A stretch of 64,000 bases of DNA. Source: Eledone cirrhosa. Lineage: Eukaryota. Position numbers and translations under genes: made by a program. A model generated the notes under the pieces. That model made no database searches. It saw only the letters and a list, made by a program, of their open reading frames with translations, and was not told the DNA's origin. Shown piece by piece: positions 58,005 through 64,000 of this stretch; the stretch's first letter is position 1, and every line of letters starts with the position of its first letter. The stretch lies in assembly GCA_964016885.1 (NCBI GenBank), contig OZ024757.1, positions 35,340,001 through 35,404,000 of the forward strand, read 5' to 3'.

Positions 58005-58386
58005 CTATATATTCCTGAATTCCTGTGAATGAGTAAAGGGATGAAGGCTACCACATCATCTTCTGCATATCCTAACAGCTACTACAGCCACAATTCTCGC
58101 CTCCCGCTTGCCTGTTCTACACAAATCCGTGCAGACTCCAATGAAGAGATAGAGAGAGTGTGGTGTAAGTTGACTGGTTGTATGAGATGCAGCACTGTGG
58201 CGCAGATGCTGCGTCGCCAGTTCAAATGCAGCCGGGAGCTGCGCCGGGCCACATTTTTCTCAGCTTACTGATTTCGAGACATGAATGAATGATATAACCC
58301 CACGTGTATTAAACATTTTCATGTGACGGGTTCCCTTCTTCGCATCTTTTCTTTTCTTTTCTTTCTTTCTTACTTTTTTTCTAATT

Positions 58387-58469
<83 letters not shown>

Positions 58470-59189
58470 CTCTTTTTTTCTTTTTTTCTTTTTTTCTTTC
58501 TCTCTTTCTCTCTCTCTTTCTTTCTTTCTTTATCACTCCCTCCCCCTCTCTCTCTACCTTGTTTCTTCCCTATTTCTTTCCTTCTCTGGACAGGGGATAG
58601 GCTCCGCCAGGTTTAGAAATGTCCAAGAAATGCTGTATGTCACTACGGCGCCGCTACGACTTTACTGGGAGTTATGGGTCCACACACACACACACACACA
58701 CATAATCACACACACGCGCACGCTCATACACACATACACTTACACATATATATTTTAATTTCAGTGAAAAATCAAAGATAATAGATCAAATTATTTTTAA
58801 TTTTACGTTCGTATCAATTTTAATGCAATTAGGTAACATTAAAATATACTCAAGAAATCATTATAAGGCCTGGAGAGACATGCCCCCTCCCTCTCAAAAA
58901 ACATATACCATGTGTCAATAAATTATATATACTAGCAGAAAAACCGCCCACGAGCGGTTTTTCTGCTAGCATATGTAGTGTGCATATTGGTATTATACGC
59001 AAATATATCTGCATATAGATATATGTAACTTGAAAAGTAAATTGACGATATCTTCTTTACCCACTTATTTTTGAGAGGGTCGCGGGGGCAGAGTCCTTCT
59101 CAAATACTTCTTCCAGCGAGTCTGTCAGTAGCAAACATCTCTAACTGATCCAGCTGGATCCAGCTGGATCCCAAAGCGTGACCAGCCAA

Positions 59190-59650
59190 GCTCATGGATG
59201 TTATCCAACTATCTTGCTCAGGGTCTACCTCTGGGTCTCTTGACGGTTAGTTTTGCCTGTAAAATGTCTCCAGCGATTCTTTACTGAGACATTCTAACCA
59301 CATGCTCATAATATCGGAGTTGTGATCTCTCAATTCGGAGACGTAGCGGCTCTACCTGGAGTGACTCTCTGGTCTCTGAGCTATGCACTTTATCGAGTAA
59401 TGTTACTCCAAAGACCCTTCGGAGGATCCCGTTTCTGAAACTTTTATTTGCAATTGTATTCTTTTGGTCATTACTCAAGATTCACCTACCCTCCTTCATC
59501 TGATTGCTGAATGCTGAGGCTGGCGCATTACCGCATCAGCTTTTGCAATTCTTGCACTTAATTCAGCCTCCTGCATTCCATCACTCGTGTACACGGCTCC
59601 AAGATACTTGAATTTCTCTAACTGCTTCAGTAGAACTCCATTCACATGTA
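59190..59650 (-). mobile_element. RTE LINE RT C-terminal fragment
   Basis: LKQLEKFKYLG, ARIAKA and LRIERSQLRYYEHVVRM. Confidence 0.75.
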
Positions 59651-59894
59651 TATATATTTGAAGGACTTCTGTCCACCCGTCCATCACAATGTGTATGTGT
59701 GTTTGTGTCGATGTATGTGTGTGTTTATGTCGATGTATGTGTGTGTAAAAGGAAGGAAAGGGATACACACATGTTTCTAACTTAAAAACAGTGACACACA
59801 CGTGTCTCTAATTTAATAACGCCAACAAACTCACGCGAGCGCACATACACACACTGTCCTACTACAACTCAAGAGCTTTGGCCCGGGCAAACAT

Positions 59895-60313
59895 CCCCTC
59901 AATTTTGGAACCATCTGGGTTGTCCTGAATTGATGGGAAAGACCTGATGGCCTTACTCTGTGCTCCTGGTCAAGAGGCGGTGCCTTACCTGGGATGTCAC
60001 AGTTAGTGACTCTTTTGCTTCTTCCCACATTCTGGATGCAGAGGTAAGGGCGAGAGGTACAGCATCCGCAGCTGAACGGAACAAAATCCTAAAATACCGT
60101 GTTCTGTCAGCTAACTACATTATCCAGCCTGTGGCGTTCGAGACGTTTGGGGGAGTCGGGCTACTGACAGCGAGATTCTTATCTTCACTGGTGGCTCGCC
60201 AAACAGAGGTAACTGGTGATGCTCGTGAGGGCACTTGGTTGTTCCAGCACCTCAGCGTCGCCATCACCCCAGGTAACGCCGTGAGCATGCTGGCTTGCCT
60301 CAAAAATTATTAA
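59895..60313 (+). mobile_element. CRE-clade RLE endonuclease fragment
   Basis: GKRPDG, WDVTVSD, AERNKILKY, PVAFETFG and WLFQHLSVAI.GNA. Confidence 0.8.
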
Positions 60314-61323
60314 AGAGGTTTCCCAGTGGTCCTCGCTATATTGCTATCTTTTGCTCTGATAGCGGCTCGTTTTTCCACTCTTTCGTCTGCATTTTGTTCT
60401 AAGATGTGTGTATTACTTGCTTGTGTATTTTTCTTTCTTTCTTTTTTTCCTTTTCCTTTCCTTTGTATATATTATATTGAATTGGCAGTATCGGTAGAGG
60501 GTCGGACGCCATGCGTTCCAGCATAGTTACGTCCCTTTACGGTCTGATTTCAAACCCCGTCTAGGTTAACTTTGTCTTTCATCCTTACGGGGTCGATAAA
60601 ATAAAGTACCAGTAATGTACTGGGTAATTGATGGCCCTGTGCCTAAAATAGAAACAATTATATTATATTATATCATATTATAGTATATATTATATTATAT
60701 ATATTATATTATATTATATTATATTATAATATATTATTTTAAAAGTTCTATATCTTATTTGTGTTATTTTTCAAGTATTACAATATTTATATTTTTCTAA
60801 AGATTTTCTATGATAATTTATGATTTGCCAATTTCCTTCTCGCTGTTTGTTTCCACTATCAGTTACTGGTCATATTTATTGCCCCACTGCATGTTTCTCA
60901 TATTTACTTCATCAGATGTACTTTATTATCTCTTCACACTATTTCAAACATAACCACAATAAATCAACAATGTAAAACAAAAGTTAAAATGAGAAAGAAA
61001 AAATAAAAAACAACAAAAACAAAAGAAAAAGAAGAAAAAAACAACAAAAGGAAAAGAAAAATGAAAAGAAGACGAAAAAGAAAGAAAAAAGAAAAAGAAA
61101 ACTAAAAAAGAAAAAAGAAAAAAAAACAGCAACAACAATGACAATAACAACAACAAAGCCACTGAAGAAATAGCAAAGAATTCCTTTGAAAACCGAAGAC
61201 ATGGAGAAGCAGGAGAGAGGGGGGCGGGCGGTTATTGGGAAAATCGGTAGAGCAACGGCTGACAATTGCTCTTGTGATATTTAGTTTGCGGCGACCATGT
61301 GTATGTGTGTATATATATATATA

Positions 61324-62228
61324 CTAGCAGAATGGCCCGGCGTTGCTCGGGATTTGCTCTAGGGTTCTTATATATTTGATATATATTTATCCTTATTGAC
61401 CCTCGTGAAATAAATACGTTTATTTATATTTTGTTATTGTGTATGCAAAAATATCTGTACACGAATATATAATTATATATATATATATCTATATCTAAAA
61501 CAGAGAATGTCTGTCTGTCTGTCAGCTCACTGAAACTTGAAAACCACCCAACCGATTGTTTTCAAACTTTACACATGTAATACTTATGGCCTTGTGAGTG
61601 TTTTGAGCAAAAAATAATGCTAAAGGGTTAATTCCATCAGACCATGTGAGAGAGTTTATAATCACTCACGCACACATACATACTCACGCATGCAAACGCA
61701 CACAAACTCACACACACACGCGCGCACGTACACACACACGCAATAGTTATTCCACTGTCATGTATCTTTGACGCATACAACCCTCAAAAGACGGCGTCTG
61801 TCACTCTCTCTCTCTCTCCCGCTCTCCCTCTCTCTCCCGCTCTCCCTCTCTCTCCCGCTCTCCCTCTCTTTTAGTCTGTCTGTTTCTTTCACTCTCACTC
61901 TTTCTCTCTGTAACTCGTTCACATTTCTCCCCTCTATCGAAAAACGCTGTGATGAATGGGGAGAAGGAGGAGGAGGAGTAGAGAGCCACTTCTTCACTTC
62001 GCCTCTCCGTTTCTTTCTCTCCCCTCTCACTCCCTCATTATGTACAGACATTGGCCACTTCACTAATTGGATCCCTAGGTCAGAATAATTTGAAATTTTT
62101 TTTTGCTCAAAACACTTCCGGAGCCATACGGGTTACATGTGTAAAGTTTGAAAAAAAAACGGTTGGGTACTTCTCGGGTTTTAGGGAAACAGACACACAG
62201 ACAGACATCCTCTGTTTTATAGAGCGAT

Positions 62229-62232
<4 letters not shown>
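61324..62232 (-). mobile_element. Helitron-like element with an internal inverted copy of its 5' end
   Basis: CTAG end plus hairpin cccggcgttgctcggg at 61324-61350; 61488-61616 and 62097-62223 are imperfect inverted repeats. Confidence 0.6.
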
Positions 62233-62272
<40 letters not shown>

Positions 62273-62574
62273 GATAAATCTACCAAGAGTTTACGGTAGT
62301 GTCCAATCCGTATGAAGAACTGTGTATTTTATCTGTAGATTATAAGCATACAGAGACATTAGCCCTGAATTTTTGTATTTACATACATTTTTTCGACATG
62401 CGTATGCATGTGAAGATATATTTTTATGCATATCTGTGAACGAAGTTACTTACATATATACACACACCTAACTGTAATTTCTGGATATATTTTTGTGTAT
62501 TTCATTGGTCAATTTGAACTCTGTTCCCAAACAGACCTGTAATTTTGAATTGTTGTTATTATCAATAAATATAT

Positions 62575-62727
62575 TTCATTATTTCTGAAGACGGCATATA
62601 TATGTGTTGGTATGTATATTAAATTTGATAGTTTGTATAATTTTGTATAATTTTGTACATAGATCTGTTGAATATGCATGCCAATTCTAACACATATATG
62701 TCCTAGAAACGATCGTTAAATAATGAA
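62575..62727 (+). ncRNA. Type-I hammerhead with a very long stem II
   Basis: Perfect 10-bp stem I ttcattattt/aaataatgaa; CTGAAGA 62585; 114-nt stem II region; GAAA 62706; cgatcg; TT. Confidence 0.7.
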
Positions 62728-62781
62728 CTTTTTTTGTTTAATATAAGGAACTGTTTCATTGTTTTATTCATTATTTTTTTA

Positions 62782-62818
<37 letters not shown>

Positions 62819-62821
<3 letters not shown>

Positions 62822-63480
62822 ATCGCTCTAGGCTGGGTAGCTTTCAACAAGAACAAGGAAGTACTAACATCAAAACGAGTTTCCTATCATTTGAAGGCTA
62901 AGATCTTTGATACTTACATCCTACCAGCTGTGTTAATTGGTCTTGGCTGTGTTAATTGGACGACAAGGTCAATTCAGAAGCTCTCTATATTCCAGAACCA
63001 CATCATGAGACTTATGACTGGCAAGCGGCTCAGCGACCGTATCTGTCTCAGTGAGCTGCTCAACATTACCAGACTTAGACGAATTACATCAACTGTCAAG
63101 TCAAGAGTACTCAAACTATACGGCCATATAAAAAGATTAACTCGTGGTGTGAGTAGGTTATGCCTGGAAGGAAGGTTGGCTGGTAAGTGAAGCAGAGGCT
63201 GGCAGCCAAAACGATGGCTTGACAATGTCCACTTATGGACTGGACTTGATCTTTGCTCTTTAAACTCTGCTGTTGGTGATCGAAATGTATTATATATTCG
63301 TAGAAGGAAGGTTGGCTGGTAACAGAAGCAGATGCCGGCAGCCTAAACGATGGCTTGATAATGTCAACTTATGGACTAGACTTGATCTTTGCTCTTTGAA
63401 CTCTGCTGTTGGTGATGGAACTTTGTGGAAAGAGATATCACATGTTAATGCGCAGTCTGCAACTGGTGGAGTTTAGCGTC
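62819..63480 (+). mobile_element. RTE LINE 3' fragment with an internal ~120-bp duplication
   Basis: KAKIFDTYILP, LKLYGHIKR, LEGRLAG and QPKRWLDN (twice). Confidence 0.8.
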
Positions 63481-63832
63481 ACAAGAGTATGTATGGCGGA
63501 AGGGTCGGTTATTGACAAAATCGGTCGAGCAACGCCTAGTGATCCTTTTGTGCTATGTAGTTACGACCTAAAGGTACGTGGTTTAGTGGTTAGGGTGTTA
63601 GACTGACGATCATAATGTTGTGGGTTCGATTCCTGGACTGGGCAGTGCATGGTGTTTTTGAGCACAACACTTCATTTCACATTGCATTTCCTGTTAGTAC
63701 AGGAGGCACCTATCATTAAAATACCCCCCCCCCCCCCACACACACACACAAAAACTCCTATGAAATACAACCTCATAGGTGACAGCTAAACCTACATAGG
63801 TGCGAGCTGTAACAAAAACAAAATGATAGGAC

Positions 63833-64000
63833 TTACGTAGGTTAAGATCTATCTTACTGTTATATCTTAGCCGCTTGAAACTCACGATGTAATTATTACG
63901 TAGGTTAAGATCTATCTTACTGCTATATCTTAGCCGCTTGTAACTCACGATGTAATTATTACGTAGGTTAAGATCTAACTTACTGCTATATCTTAGTCGC
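63833..64000. repeat. About 63-bp tandem repeat running off the window
   Basis: ttacgtaggttaagatcta recurs three times. Confidence 0.85.

Noticed and set aside
58029-58271. GC-richer 80-aa ORF
   Set aside because: No recognisable motif or splice signals; cannot be supported as coding.

Overview
Eukaryotic, very AT-rich, microsatellite-saturated genomic DNA. The repeat repertoire ((TA)n arrays, Meta/CORE-type tRNA-SINEs, RTE, CRE and Penelope fragments) suggests a cephalopod (octopus-like) genome; this is an inference. The only host coding sequence found is one minus-strand exon (2785-3561) encoding the N-terminus to TM5/ICL3 of a rhodopsin-class neuropeptide GPCR. Nearly all other ORFs in the track are simple-repeat artefacts or transposon debris: two Penelope-like (PLE) RT fragments (one with GIY-YIG), RTE, CRE and CR1-like LINE fragments, mariner/hAT MITEs, non-autonomous Helitrons, SINEs and minisatellites. 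The main unexplained signal is a dense population of short non-coding elements sitting in (TA)n arrays. They carry minimal type-I hammerhead ribozyme motifs (about 15 with intact core boxes, at least 7 families, with family-specific palindromic stem III). They repeatedly show fold-back palindromes whose arms match within a copy but differ between copies, including a perfect 336-bp palindrome carrying a hammerhead on each strand. All calls were made by eye; no searches or folding programs were run.
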